DNA of 64,000 bases from Blepharisma stoltei ATCC 30299 (lineage: Eukaryota > Protista > Ciliophora), in contig CBFDEM010000033.1 in assembly GCA_965603825.1 (NCBI GenBank), forward strand, positions 682,001 through 746,000. The letters are read 5' to 3'. The notes below the pieces were generated by a model. It made no database searches. It was not told the origin of the DNA and saw only the letters and a program-made list of their open reading frames with translations. The position numbers and the translations under genes were made by a program. This document shows positions 47,462 through 60,428 of the stretch, in pieces. The first letter of the stretch is position 1, and each line of letters begins with the position of its first letter.

Positions 47462-50400
47462 CTACTCTGAACCAATAAGGAATAAAGCTGCTCCACTGAT
47501 AATGCGCTCTTCAGCTCTCCCTGCATTTGGCAGTGTCAAAGTGCACAACAACTTATCTCTTTCAAGCGAATAATACAGCGGAATTTTCACAGCATTTTCT
47601 TCATACGGCTCCTTCGCATCTCTTCTTACCCAGGCAATACTGCAGACAGGCAAAGGCATCAATTCTGAGCTTGAAGGGCTTGGCGCCGTCAACCCTCCTC
47701 TAGAAAACTCACATCCTTGCATTAGCAAGCCTTTCAGTTGCATCCCATTTTGCATTTGTGAGTCAAAAGTGGTCATCAGCTTTAGCTGCTCCATAGGAGT
47801 TCCCAGCTTTCTTGAAGTGAGCTGTCTCAATGCATTTAAGAAAGTTTCAGGGTGGAATAGCTCTCCTAAAGCAATTGAGTCAGAAAATAAATTTCCGCTC
47901 CTCATCCCTTCAACCCACTTTTTCAGAGCATTAGTACGCCTCACAAGAGCTCTAAGCCAAGGTACAGGACTTGACGGTCCTTCCCACATATCAGACCAAC
48001 TATCAGGGACTAAATTTTGTAGCAGGGCTTTGGCGTCATTTTCCATATCACTAGTCAATAGTCCTTGTCCAGAAATTACTTTATTGATTCCGTCTAGCGC
48101 CAAATGCACTTTTTCTTGCATTTTGAAGGCATATTTTGCTTCCATGAAGACAAAACTTTCTAAAGGATCGTCACTTTCTGCTAAATTCCCTTTAAACTTC
48201 TCTCCTGACCTTTGCAAAGTTTGCCACAAGTTCCAAAGTGGGCCAAGCTTAATGCTCCATTCTTCTCTGTCAAACTCTAGCTCTTCTTGACTGACTGCAG
48301 ATAACTGCTTTAGCTGTTTTATTACATTGGAGCTATTGAACCTTTGGACTGACCTGTCAATATTTAAAGGAAGCCCAAATAGTGATGGGGAGTCTGTATC
48401 TGGCATTCTGTCTATAAGCGATATATAATCATTGTAATTTTTAGAATTGGGAAGTCTCAGCTCAGGAGAAAGCTGCCCATTAGTAAAAGTCTGCTGGGAG
48501 AAAAACTGATCAAGATAGGTATTTAACACTTTTAAGTCAAAAATATTGTCAACTCTGCCACCGTAGACTGCATTTTCTAATAAACCTTTGAGTGCTGACC
48601 ATTGAACAGGGTTTCTTTCAAGGATTTTTTCGAGTAAAGTAGCCCCAGCTCTTAAGTCAGGCAGTGAAAACTCATAGAACTTGGACCATCCTTGTGGGAT
48701 ATAAGTTCTCCTTTCTTGGACTATTGCGTGGAACCAGGCCAATGCAAATAATGCTTGTGCTCGCAAAACGTTGCCTTGCTCAATATACTGAGGGGTCCAA
48801 GATTGGTAAGTTCTTTGCATGTTTTTCTTGATCCCAGGAGGCGACTCATAAGTAATTTTTAGAGAAGACTGCAATAAAATGGCTGGGAATTTTAAGTGAG
48901 GCTCGGTAGTCAGCCACAGTCTGAAGTTTTCATGAGGTCTTAAGATTTTCAGCTCTTTTTCTAATGAAGGCAGCCAGCTTGTAACTAAATGGAGATTTTT
49001 AAGACAAACCCAGTCTCCTTTGTGGGCAGCTTCTCTCAGCACTTTTAGTGCCTCTTCATTTTGACCACCACCCATAGCCATTTGGTGGTATTTAGCCCTT
49101 CCTACGACTTCTTCTGCAAACTCTTCTAGCTCTTTAGTAGGATCAGACCCAGGTGACACAATAAGTAGCACAGGCTCAATTGACGAAGTTTCATTTTTGT
49201 ATAGATCTTGCAAAGAGAGAGCGGAGGGGTTTATGTCTTTTTCAGCAAGACCTTCACTTACAAAGAGAGTCATTGCACTTTCAAGACGATCTGGCCTGAG
49301 GACTTTTACTAGTAGTAATTTTTGGAATGGGGAAACTCTGCTTTGGATTTGTGAAGGAAATTCGAGCTCACATTGAGGAGACTGTCCCCATGACCTCCAC
49401 AGTTCATTGTTGTCTAATTGAATGCTGTTGATAAGCCTAGGCAAGGTGGCGCCAAACATGCCGAATTCGTCTCTTCTGTCTTCTGAAGCCCAGTTAGGGA
49501 AAAGACGCCCAGCATCACCGGTTACTGCGACTTCTCCTTTTAAGAATTCCCATTCATTGACTTCGAATAGCTCTGGCTTGATTCCTTTGATAAAGTGAAG
49601 CCCAAACATAAGCCTATCGCTCTTAAATAGTGATCTTGATACATTTAGATAGACCAAGCGGACTAAAGTTCGTCCTAAGTTGTCAAGTTTGACCTGAAGG
49701 TTGTTGGATGGCTTTTGAGATTTCAAGGCTTTTGAGAAAATCCTAAGGAAGCTTTCTAATGAAAATTGATACATATTGTTCGTTTTCTGCAAATCCTGGA
49801 GCAGTGAAAAAATGGTTGATCCATGCGAAGCCAGTGGCCTGTAAACCTCTCTTTGCTCGTCTAATGATAACTGCAGCTCATGAGACTTGTTTAAGGATTC
49901 TGATATGCTGATGCTGCTTTCTTTTGTCCTATTTAAGCTTTCTATAAGAGTTTTATTTTCCAAAATATTGCCTTCAGCTGTTGCCAATTCTTCTAATAAT
50001 TGCTTTTCTAAAGTCGCCAACTGCACTTTTAGCTGCTCTTCTTTAGCCAACATCTCTGTTTTCTGTTTTTCCAGTTCAGGCTGCTCATGGTTCAAAATAA
50101 TACTCAGTAGCTGTCCTTCCAGTCCTGACCTTGTAACAGTGAAATTCACCAAATTAATCACAGAAAATGCATTTGGCGGTACATCAATATGGGAATCTCT
50201 TGTGCATAAGAACAGCCTAAACGTTTCTGAGTAGTCAATTAGCTTATCTCCAATCTGAACCATCCACCTTGGCCCTTGCTTTACTAAATCTAGCCTTAAA
50301 AGTGGGAACAAAAGTGCCTCAACCTTATCAATTTCTTGAATAATCAAAGTTTTCCCAAACCTTACTGCAAGCTCCAGCTGACTTGTAAACCTCACATCGC

Positions 50401-53400
50401 TTTGGTTCAGAACTTCTAGCTGTCCTGCTTCTTGTGTTTTTAGCCATGATGTCGCTGTGGATGCTGGGTCTACTATAAGAGGTGTTTTGCTTGAGTTAAA
50501 AATGACTATCGCATTTTCCATTGACAAAGAGTCTCCAGGAAGTCCTTCGCCTTTCCATCTGAGCATTTCGCTTTCTGAAGACATGAACTTTCGGAAGTCA
50601 TAGCTAAGTGACCCAGCTGACCCTTTCCACTGCTTCATTATGTTTTCTCTGATATCTTCACTGTGTGGAGACAGATAAGTTACAAAGCCTGCAGAGACCA
50701 TTGAATTCTTTGGCATCATGTCTAAGTTACCTTGAAGTTCTTTTAGCTGCTGTTCCCACCTACCTTTTTCGCCGCTTAATTTTCCTAGTAGGTCTTGAGC
50801 ACTGCTTAATGTTCCTTCCGCGATGCTGAGCTCATTTTTCAGCTGCTCAGCTTCTGAGGTACGTTTGGAGAAGTTGCTGCGGAGGCTTTCTACCATTTTT
50901 CCAAGGCCGTCGAGCTGCTCTTCACACTCCATCATACGTTTCTGGGAAGTTTCCATTAATCTTGTGGCACGCTCTAAGTCGTCTTCAAGTGGTCGGATTT
51001 TTTCAAGAATTAAGGAGTACTGCAGTAGGGCTTGGACCCAGGCTGCCATAGGTGAGGCTGCTACAGAGGCTCGTTGGATTACTGATGGCTCAAAGCTGGA
51101 AGCTTTCTTATTGACTAGTCCCCATACGTCGTTTCTGACCTCTGGAGTTATAAGCCTTGGGTTGTAGTTTACCAGATTGTTGATAACACTTCGGCCTTTT
51201 AAGAACTCTTTCATAGAGTTCCAGGACGAATCGTAATTTCCCATCAGTCTGAGAACTGCACTTAGCACATCATGGACTGGTTCTGGAGGCAGCCTCAAAG
51301 CTTTGAGCTCGTCCAGGCTTTCTTTTCTAATCGAGCCAACTGCTTTTTGGGCCTCTTCGAGCATAGGTTGAATCCCAGCCATTTCTCTTTCGACTACTGA
51401 TTTTCGTTCATTTATTTTGATATTTTCTGATTGAAGCTGCTTTGAAAGGACTTCTTGCTCTTGCTTAGACTCTGCTGCCTTTTCCATTGCTTTCGTGATC
51501 TGTTCTAAAGCTTGATCTGCTTCTTTTTGCTTTGTGGCAAGCAGCTTCTTTTGATGCTCTGCTTTAACTTTTAAGTCATTCACCAGTGTTTCTGCTTCTT
51601 TTAGCTTCCCAAGACCAGCTTTCAAATGGCTGCTTTGTCCTCCTTGTGAGGAGAATTTGCTTTTCACGATGTTTCTGAAGGTTTTAAGTAAATCCATGTA
51701 GTTTCTCATAACTGATTTAGGTACTGACTTGTGCATATTGATGCTTAAATCTACGATTTCTTGCTTATCATGCAGTTCTTGAATTTGTTCTCCTAGTTCT
51801 ATATGGGCAATAGCATTCATGCTTTCTTTGCTCCATGGCTGCAGCCAGAGGATAGAGCATCTTGTAAATAGTGCAGGGTTGCTAGCAGTATATACAGAGT
51901 ACAAAGGATGTGAATGATCCAAACTTAGAATAATCCTCAAATTCTTCCTGACCAAGCTACAGAAGTACTCATACAAAGTTTTACATTTGCCCTCTTGCCT
52001 CATTTGGTCAGCCAAAGGTGCTAATAAAGGCTCAATTTCTTCAGTTGCATAGAGTCCAGGCACTTCTCCACCTCCCAATAAGCTATTCAGCAGCTGCAAG
52101 AACTCAGGCCTAACCAATTGATAGTCCTCCAAAAACAGCACAGTCCCTTTCCCCTCAACTCCAGCTATTTGCAATACCGATTTTAAGTCTTTCCTGAACT
52201 CTTTATCAGTATATTCTCTAGTGATATTTGGTGAAAAAAATTGAAGATTCAGCATATGGGAGACAAGGAGACTTGTGCTTCTTCGGCCGACGCCGCTTTC
52301 TCCGACCATTAGTATACACCCGCCTGGGACTGATAAGTTTCTGTTTACTTTAGCGATGTTGCTCATAGACTCGTCGAAAACGTGGAAGTGCAACTCTCTG
52401 AACTCTCGCTCATAGGCAAGCAGACCGCTGGCGATTATTTTTCTGAGATCTTCTTCAGACACACGGCCCATGCCTGGGATACCTTTAATAGCTGCTTCAT
52501 GGGTTGAAGACCACGTCAAGAAAAATGCTTTAATTCCTTCATTATAGCCAAGCCCAGATCTCAGCTGGCTGTTTAAGATTGCATCAAATTGGACTGAATG
52601 TTCTCTAGAGACCAGTCGATCTTTAAATACTCGAACTGCTTCATATCCCCATACTTCGTGAAGCTGAGGAGGGCTTTTGGCTTCATATCTTAGCAGGTTG
52701 AAAGTCCATTGTGTTACGTCTCTAGGTGTAAATAAATAGTGCCTGTGCTCATCATATGGGAATCTTGTTTTCACGTTTACAAATAGATCTACCATTGATT
52801 GGGCTAGTCTTGCAGCTTGGTCAGGGTTTCCAGCGATGTTTTGGGCCTTTACTATATTTTTCAAGTATTGAGTGTAAACATGGATAAGCTCGTCTCGTGT
52901 AGGATAATCCACACATACAATTCTTACATTTGCGGTGAATCTAGGAGAAAGCATGTGGCGGCCTACAGTGGAGCTTGGGTTCATGCTAGCTACAATTTGG
53001 ATTCTTTCTAGGTTGACGAAGTCTAAGTTATCATAAAACCCATGATATGTCACAATCTGCTGGAGAAAAGCTATAAGCTGGATTGTATTGTATTTATCTG
53101 GAGTTGGCAAATTGATATCTTTGAGATACAGAATTAAACGAGAGGTGTCTTTAGGCCTTAATAGCCTGCCTTGGGCATTTGAAGATTGCGCACAAACTTG
53201 AAGCAGTTTTTGTATCACATGTCCAGCTGTTGTCTGAGCATTACAATGGAGAGTAGCAACTTGGGTGGATTTTAATTGTTTAAAGGCAGACCTAAGCATA
53301 AGGCTTTTTCCACAGCCTTCAGGGCCGACCACTATAAATGGCTGGCCTGTTTCTAGCCAAGACTTAAATAGCTCAATATCTCTTTGGATTCCGACTGTAC

Positions 53401-56400
53401 GCACAATTGGTGGATCAAACGGGTCAGAAAATTCATTGAGGTCAAATTTCTCAGTTTCTGACACAAAAGCTTTGAAATTTCCTGTAGCTTCTGAATAAAA
53501 GCTGTTTAGTGGCTTATTTTCTTCTACAGGGTGCTCTTTACTCCTCGCAAAAATTTCTTTTGCAAACCTTTCTCTCAACTCTATAGCAAAATTCGAGCCA
53601 AGTCCTCTCAGTACATTGTACACAAACTCTCCTTTACTTTTAGAGCCGCCTATTGTTGACAGTGCACTCATAACAGTTCCTACCTTAGTAGTCTTGACAG
53701 CCATTTCTTCTGAATAATGCAAAGTCCAGTCAATCGCCATCGGCAAAATTTCTTCGACCCATCTCTCCATTCTGCTTTGGTCTTCAGCTGACTGTTTCTT
53801 CAGCCACGAAGTGATAAGTCTATTGATATCCACGTCTTCTTCACTCATAAAGATCATCCCCATTCTGCTGACAGTTGCAGGAGAAGCGAACCTCAAGTCA
53901 TTTGTTTCAAAAATAAAGTTTACATTGTCCGCAAAACTGATTCTTTCTCCAGTTGGGAGGGTTAAGAGATGGTTGTCGTCAAGAACTGAGTTTAAGGACT
54001 CAATCCACTCAGGATCAATGTCACCATCACAGATGACCCAAGATCTGACCTCTAATGGCTGCTTTACGCACTCTCTGGCTGCGGCTGTGAGGACGCCTTC
54101 ATTTCATTCTCTGGTGTCAGTGTCCATATGTCCAAGTAACTGCTGTCGTGGCATTGATTTTGGATTCATTGTATGGACTATGATCTGCTGGCCTAGCTTT
54201 TCTAGAGAAGATTTCAGTACTTTCCAAATCGTTGATTTACCACACCCAGATGGCCCGACTAGGACAACTCCCATTCTTTGTTTAGTGGCCTCGTGGAACT
54301 GCAGGATTTTCGCGACTTGGTTTTCTGAGTTTTCTAGCTTAAACTCTTGAATTGTCTGCTGGATTGCCTTTTCGAGCTCTTCATATTGTATGTCTTCAAT
54401 TGATGTCCCAGTGAAGATATCGCTTACAAGTGGGACAAATCTGCGTAAATCTGCATATGTGAGCTTTGGCAAGGTGTTGATACGGATTGCTTTGATTAGT
54501 AAAATAGATTCTCTGTCAGCTGAAATGTCTCGTTTGGATGCTCTTTCGGCTTGGATTAGCTGTCCACCAATCGTAAGAGTCGTTTTGAGAGCTCTCAGTC
54601 CCCAGTCGTAGTGCTCTTGGGTTGATAATAGCTGTTTAGAAAGGATAAAGAGCTCTACAAGCTTTTTAGCGAGTTCTTTGGCGTTTTGGAATCCTTCTGC
54701 AAATAGCAAAACTTCCGCAATAAGTTCGTTATCAGGCACGCTCATAGCAACTGGCCTGAAAAGCATTTTCAAGTTGTCAGGTAGCTTCGAACGGCCACCA
54801 TAGCCTTTTCCGGCAGGATTCATGGTTACAAAGATCCCTGCATTTAAGTTAATTTCAATAGTCCTTCCTAACAGTTCCAGTGTTTTTTCACCATTTTTGA
54901 TGCCCCATTGTATAACTTGAATCTGCTGGGAAATAGCTGACAATTGTTCTTCTAAAAGCCTGTTAAACTCATCAAAGCAGCCCCACGCTCCGCATTTTAC
55001 GAGCCCAATAAAGATTCTCCCCATTGATTTAAAGTCAATTCCTTCGTCACAGTTAAACACTAACACTTGTCTGCCGAAGGCTTGGCCTAGAGCTTTTACT
55101 GACTCAGTTTTACCAGTTCCTGCTGGGCCATAAGGGTTTCCTCCATACCCCATCATCATTCCTTGAGTTAGAGTCAAATAGCATTTATCAGTCAAAGGAG
55201 TATGCACAAGCTTTGGGGCGTTTCCTTGGTACTCGTAGGTGTAGTTAAACTGGGCGTCGACCATGTTTATGATACAAAGCTTTTCATTGTTCATAACAAA
55301 CTTCAGCTGGCGGTGCCAATCCCAGTTGTGGACTGAGTTTACACTGCGGGCGATCAATAAATCAGTGACTTCCATGTTGTGGATTAGGTCTAAAATCAAG
55401 CTTTTTACTTTTAAAAGCAATAACTGGTCAGTGTAGCGTGTTGATGTAAGGTTTGAGAGCTGACGGGCTAAGGACTGCTTCAGCTTTTGTAGACCATTAG
55501 ATTCAATAGCTTTGGCACAGTCCATTGAGAAGCGGATGACTTCGCTTAAAGAGCAGAGCTGGCTTGGCTGCTCTCTTAAAGCACTTTGGATGTCTTCAAT
55601 TCTTAAGCACGCTAATAAGTCTCTGGCCAGCGTTGATTGCATTTCTTTGCTGAGCTGCCCGAGCCATATTTCGACATCATCAAACACTTGTACTGGAGTA
55701 TGCAAGGCAACTCGCTCACCTGCGGAGCTCAAAAATGCAATGATAGTCCCACTGTTATCAAATTCAACTCTGTGGATACCTGCAAATAATTTCTTCAGGT
55801 GGGTTTGGATGACTTTAGGGTTTTTGGCTTGGCCTAGAATTTCTAATAAATCATCGTCACCAATAAAATAGAACCTGGGGAATTTCGATCTTTTTTCTTC
55901 TAAATAGTCGTTCAATGCTTTCTGGCATCTTTCTAGCTGGTCAAGCAAAGTCTCCAATGTATCTTTAAGCCCAGGGATGCTGCAAAGGCTGATAACTCTT
56001 GGATCAGAGCCAACTCCTAGCATAATTCCTCTATACTCATCATCAACTCGTTTAAATCTTCCTTGCTCATGTGGCAAAGCTCCTCTTCCAAAAATCGGCT
56101 CTAAGTATACCCATTTTCTCTGGATTATGCTCAATTTCAGCAAATAGTCATCCAGTGACGACAGTTTTGACTCAAACTGCTCGACCTGATCTGCAAATCT
56201 TTGGAAAAATCGTGACTCTTTTAACGAGGAAAGCAAGGCTTGGTTGTCACTGACTTGAGTCAAAAGCTCTTTTCAGTCTTTAATAAGTGGGGTGACTCTG
56301 TCATTTTGTATATGCTCGTATAATGAAAATACAGCTTCATCACACCAGACCCTTAAATCGTGGATGGCTTCTCTAATAGTGATTTCTCCTTGGGCTCTAG

Positions 56401-59400
56401 CTTGGAGCTCTTTAATTTGGTCTGCAGAAGCTATCATATAGGCAGAATTGTCAATGTAATGCTTGAATTTCAAGTTCTCCATCGAGATTTCTTTAGGGAG
56501 CTTTAAATAGTAAAACAAAGTCTTCCAGTGCTCTTTTTCAAAGCCTTCCCCAGTTGCTAGCTTAAGAAGAGGCCAGACTCTTTTATAGAGCTCGATTTGG
56601 GTGCTGATAAATCTGCCTACTGCATCTCTGGTTTTGCCTTTGATTTTTTCAGTCCAGGCTAAGAAGAAATCTTGGAATAAATAAAGTTTTGACCTGAAGG
56701 AAAGCCAGTCTTCTTCGCCAAGCTTGCCTAGCTCTGTTCTGAACTCTTCAAACAAGCTCCAATTGGATTCTTGCTCAATGATTTCTGCCTCAATATCTTT
56801 TGTCGAGAACTCTCTTATCGGCATATTGAATTGTTCCGATTCCTCTTTGAGCTTCCCTATTCTTTCACTGAGCTGCTGCCAGTCATTTCTCCACTCTTTT
56901 ACCTTTTCTGCGTTTTCTACAGCAGTCTGCATGTCAAGCTCATCAATTTGTTTAGGCTTAAGTGCTGCCCATCTAGATGCAAACTTGTCTAAAGCTGATG
57001 CGAGTTCTTCGCCTCTTCTCGCGATGTCTTGTTTGACTACTTCTCGCTGCTGCTCTATAACTTCTGAAAATGCTTCTACAGAAACTTCGAAGTTTTTCCA
57101 TTTATCTGAAATTATTGCAAGGTTTGGGCTGGCTCCTGTGAGCTGCTTAAGCATTTTGGATTTTTCTTCAAGGTTCTGGTACTGCTTATAAGTTTTTTCT
57201 TTTTGGCCTGCGACTTCTAAGGCTTCGCGCTGGGCTTTGGCGATTTCTTCTACGCTTTGAGGGCGCTGAGTAAGCTTAGCGTTGGCTGATTTGAGGAATT
57301 CGTCGAGATAGTCAATGTCAGTCTTAATAGAAGTTTTAAGGGACACAATCAGAGCTTCTGAAAGTCTTTGAAGCTGTTCTTCTATCGACGATTTAATAGG
57401 AGCTGTTGATATAGAAAAGCAATGGACTTTTTGCTGCTCTTGCAGCTTTTCTACGTCTTTTCGCTTCTGTTTCAGCATCCTAAAGTTAGCCTCCCAGTCA
57501 TTTACATCTTTAACGTGCTCTTCTACCATTGTATCAATATTAACTTTTCCCAGCACAACCCAAGGCTTGTAAGTCCCTAGCAGCTCTTTTAGTTCAGCAA
57601 ATAGTGCTTCAGCCTTAGAATAAACTGTATAAAGGCCATCTGAATTTTTATCAGGCATTTTTCTATATACCTCAGGGTTTCCTCCAAGTCCTTGAAAAGT
57701 GATAGGAATGGATATAAAAAGCTTGATTTCTTTATAGTATTTTGCCTTAAGTTCTTCTAGCGGCGGTCTAAACTGCAAAGTTTTATTCGCAAACACGATA
57801 TCAGCTTTAATTTCAGGCAAATTGTCAGTCAGATTTTCTAAGCCATTTTTATATTGGACTTCTAAGCTTTTAAAAAGCTCTTTGTCGAGATCAGCTTTCC
57901 ATGCCCTGGCTGCGTCCTCACTTTTTTCAGCTGTAATTGTATTAATGGCTCTTCTAATTTCGTCGAGTTTTTCTTTCCACATTTGTCTGTGCCTTAATAA
58001 GTCAATTTTTTCAAGCTCACCAATTTGCTCAATTATCCCGAAATGGGCTTTTCTCAGTCTTCTGTTTTCTGTCGTTAAATCATTTGCTGCTTTTTGAACT
58101 CTTTGGATGTACTCTTCGACGTCAACTGGGTTATTCCACGTAACTTTGCCATCTTTTAAGTTTTTAGCTGACTTTACGACCTCTTCAAAAGCAATAGCCT
58201 CGCCTAATAGTAGCTTTTTCTGAGAGTCGATAATTTGCGAGCTCATTGAGTTGTAGAAGTTAGCGACTCTTTTAAGAGTGATTGCTTCTTTATAGTATTT
58301 TTTGCCTGTGGCTACTACATCTTTAAGCTTTTTTGGAATGCTGAACCCGTACTCTGCAAGCTGCCTGGTTTCTTTGAGTAGCTGCACAAGTTTATCAGAA
58401 TAGCTGACCTTAAGCAGCCCATCGCTTAAGTCCAGCTCCATCATTTTTCCAGTGATTTCTAGCCCTAATGGCTCATTTCTATTATCAATATCCCCTTCAA
58501 TATTCGCCTTCCAGCTATTAAACTGCTGCTTCTGGAAGTCTACCAGGATTTTACTGACCTGCTCACATGTATCTTTTAGTCTTCCAATGCTTCCCAGATC
58601 TGCTAAAAATGCTCCAGCTGATGACAAAATTCTTGCGATTTTTTGTTGTAAGCCTCTAGCCCACACAATGCTGCCGACCAATGGGGACATGTTCAGATCT
58701 TGAGGAGGCTTATCCATTCCTGGGATTATTTCTGTCTTCATGCCTGACCTGCTTTCGAATTCTTCTCTTATTTGTTCTACTTGTATACAGAGCTGGTTAA
58801 GGATCTGCTCTCTTTCGCTTTGAAGAGACCTGCCGATGTTTGGGCGGCTTAGAAGTCCTTGCCATTTTTGGAAATCCCTCATCTGTTGGGAAATATTTGA
58901 GACTTGTAGGACTTCTCTTCTAAGCTTGTTGGCAATTTCTTCTTCAATGACTTGCATGTTGCTGTCATATTTGGCTTTGGCTTCGTCCCATTTAGGCTGG
59001 GTGTAAGGGTTGACTAAGAAGGCCTGAACTCTTTTGAAAGGGTCAAAAGTCTTTTCTACATTAAAGCGGCGCTGGTCTTCTTGGGATAATAAAAGGATAA
59101 GCTCATCATGCTGGGTTCTCAGTGTGAGGACTTCTTCTAGCCTCATCGCAAAGGCCATTAAATATTCGCTTTTGGGGAGCTTTTTACCCCATTTTCTTTC
59201 TTCTCGCCAGTAGTTGTTGGGAAGCTCATGCATGATTTCGATCCATCTTTCGCAAGCTTTTAGGGCTTCTTTTAATAGCATTCTGGCATTTGAGAACTCA
59301 GAGCCCCAAAGTTGAGAGTCAGGGATTGAGTCTTGGACTTTTCTGGCAATAGCTTCAGCGATAACGTTAAAGAGCTTATCCATCCTGGCTTGTGGGTATG

Positions 59401-60052
59401 CTTGTACACTATTTTCTTTCCATACTGAATCTAAAACGTCAAGGGTTTGCTCTAGCAGGTCGTGGATTTCTGAAAAACTCAGCGTTGAAATTTCGCTCCA
59501 TTGTCTAGAAATTTTTGAAAATAAAGTCACAAAAGTTTTAGCTTGGTCTTGGACTGCTTGAGAGCCTCGAAAGTCATTAGCAACGCTTGCCCAGTATTCA
59601 AATTCGTCAGCAGGAATTAAAATTGAGTCAACTGATTCTCCTCTTGGCCCTTGTCTCAGCATTGAAGAAAGCCCAGCTTCAAGTTCACTAGCCAAGTTTT
59701 GTAGGTGGCTGTCAACATTTCCAGTCTGCAATAGAGGCTGAGTAACTGCTTTGAGGTTTCTGAGAAGAGCTGAAAGTGGGTTGCTCCCGAGTGTCCCCAT
59801 AATGACGCTTGAAATCATCTCATTCTCATTCAATGCACGAGGAACTAGTTTGATAAAATGAACTTCGCGCGCTGTCTCTGGATAAGCCTGAATATTAAGG
59901 GAAAATGAAGCTTCATTTGAATAGATGATTTGCAAGGTTGCGAAATCTGGTATATCTAGGAAAGTGGATATCAAAGGTGACGTAGGAAGGTTTGGAACTC
60001 CTAGGGCAGCGCTTGCGCAGCCTAGGATATACGATTTTCTACCATCCGACAT
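47462..60052 (-). CDS. DYNC2H1: Cytoplasmic dynein-2 (IFT retrograde) heavy chain, ~4196 aa, apparently intronless
   Basis: Three in-frame ORFs are joined by TGA at conserved Trp (TPLIKD-W, DTDTRE-W). Motifs: EYQGNAPKLVHTPLTDKCY, GPAGTGKTESVK, WGCFDEFNRL, GKGYGGR, GPSGCGKS, GPEGCGKS, LKDINLP, GESGVGR. Confidence 0.95.
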
Positions 60053-60069
60053 TTTTATATTGAATTTAA

Positions 60070-60408
60070 TTAAAAGCCATTTTCTTTAATGTTTCTTGGT
60101 TTTCTTTCTTCTTTGTATATAGATAGCTGCCAAAATTTCACTTGATCGTCAACTTTGCCCCACAAATAATTGTCAAATGGGTATATAACTGACCCTAAGA
60201 TAAAGCAGGGCAGCCAGATCTTATAAAAACTTGTGGTCTTTTGAAACTTAGCGAATCGGTCATTTCGATGCCTAATAAACATAACAAAATAGTAAAACAA
60301 TGACACCGAAATCCCATAATTGTAAGCTCTTCTGTAGTAATGCTCAACAGGAACTCTTGGACTGACAGGCCTTGGAGGCCTCTTTAAAGGCTCGTCAAGA
60401 AATTCCAT
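60070..60408 (-). CDS. Small membrane protein of unknown function (112 aa)
   Basis: ATG..TAA ORF with two hydrophobic stretches, filling the gap between CLC and DYNC2H1. Confidence 0.65.
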   Translation of the reverse strand: MEFLDEPLKRPPRPVSPRVPVEHYYRRAYNYGISVSLFYYFVMFIRHRNDRFAKFQKTTSFYKIWLPCFILGSVIYPFDNYLWGKVDDQVKFWQLSIYKEERKPRNIKENGF

Positions 60409-60428
60409 GTTATTAAATATTAAACAAT

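Noticed and set aside
47769-58703. Numerous + strand ORFs antisense to dynein-2 (and similar antisense ORFs elsewhere)
   Set aside because: Ser/Phe/Leu-rich shadows of the real CDS, with no motifs.
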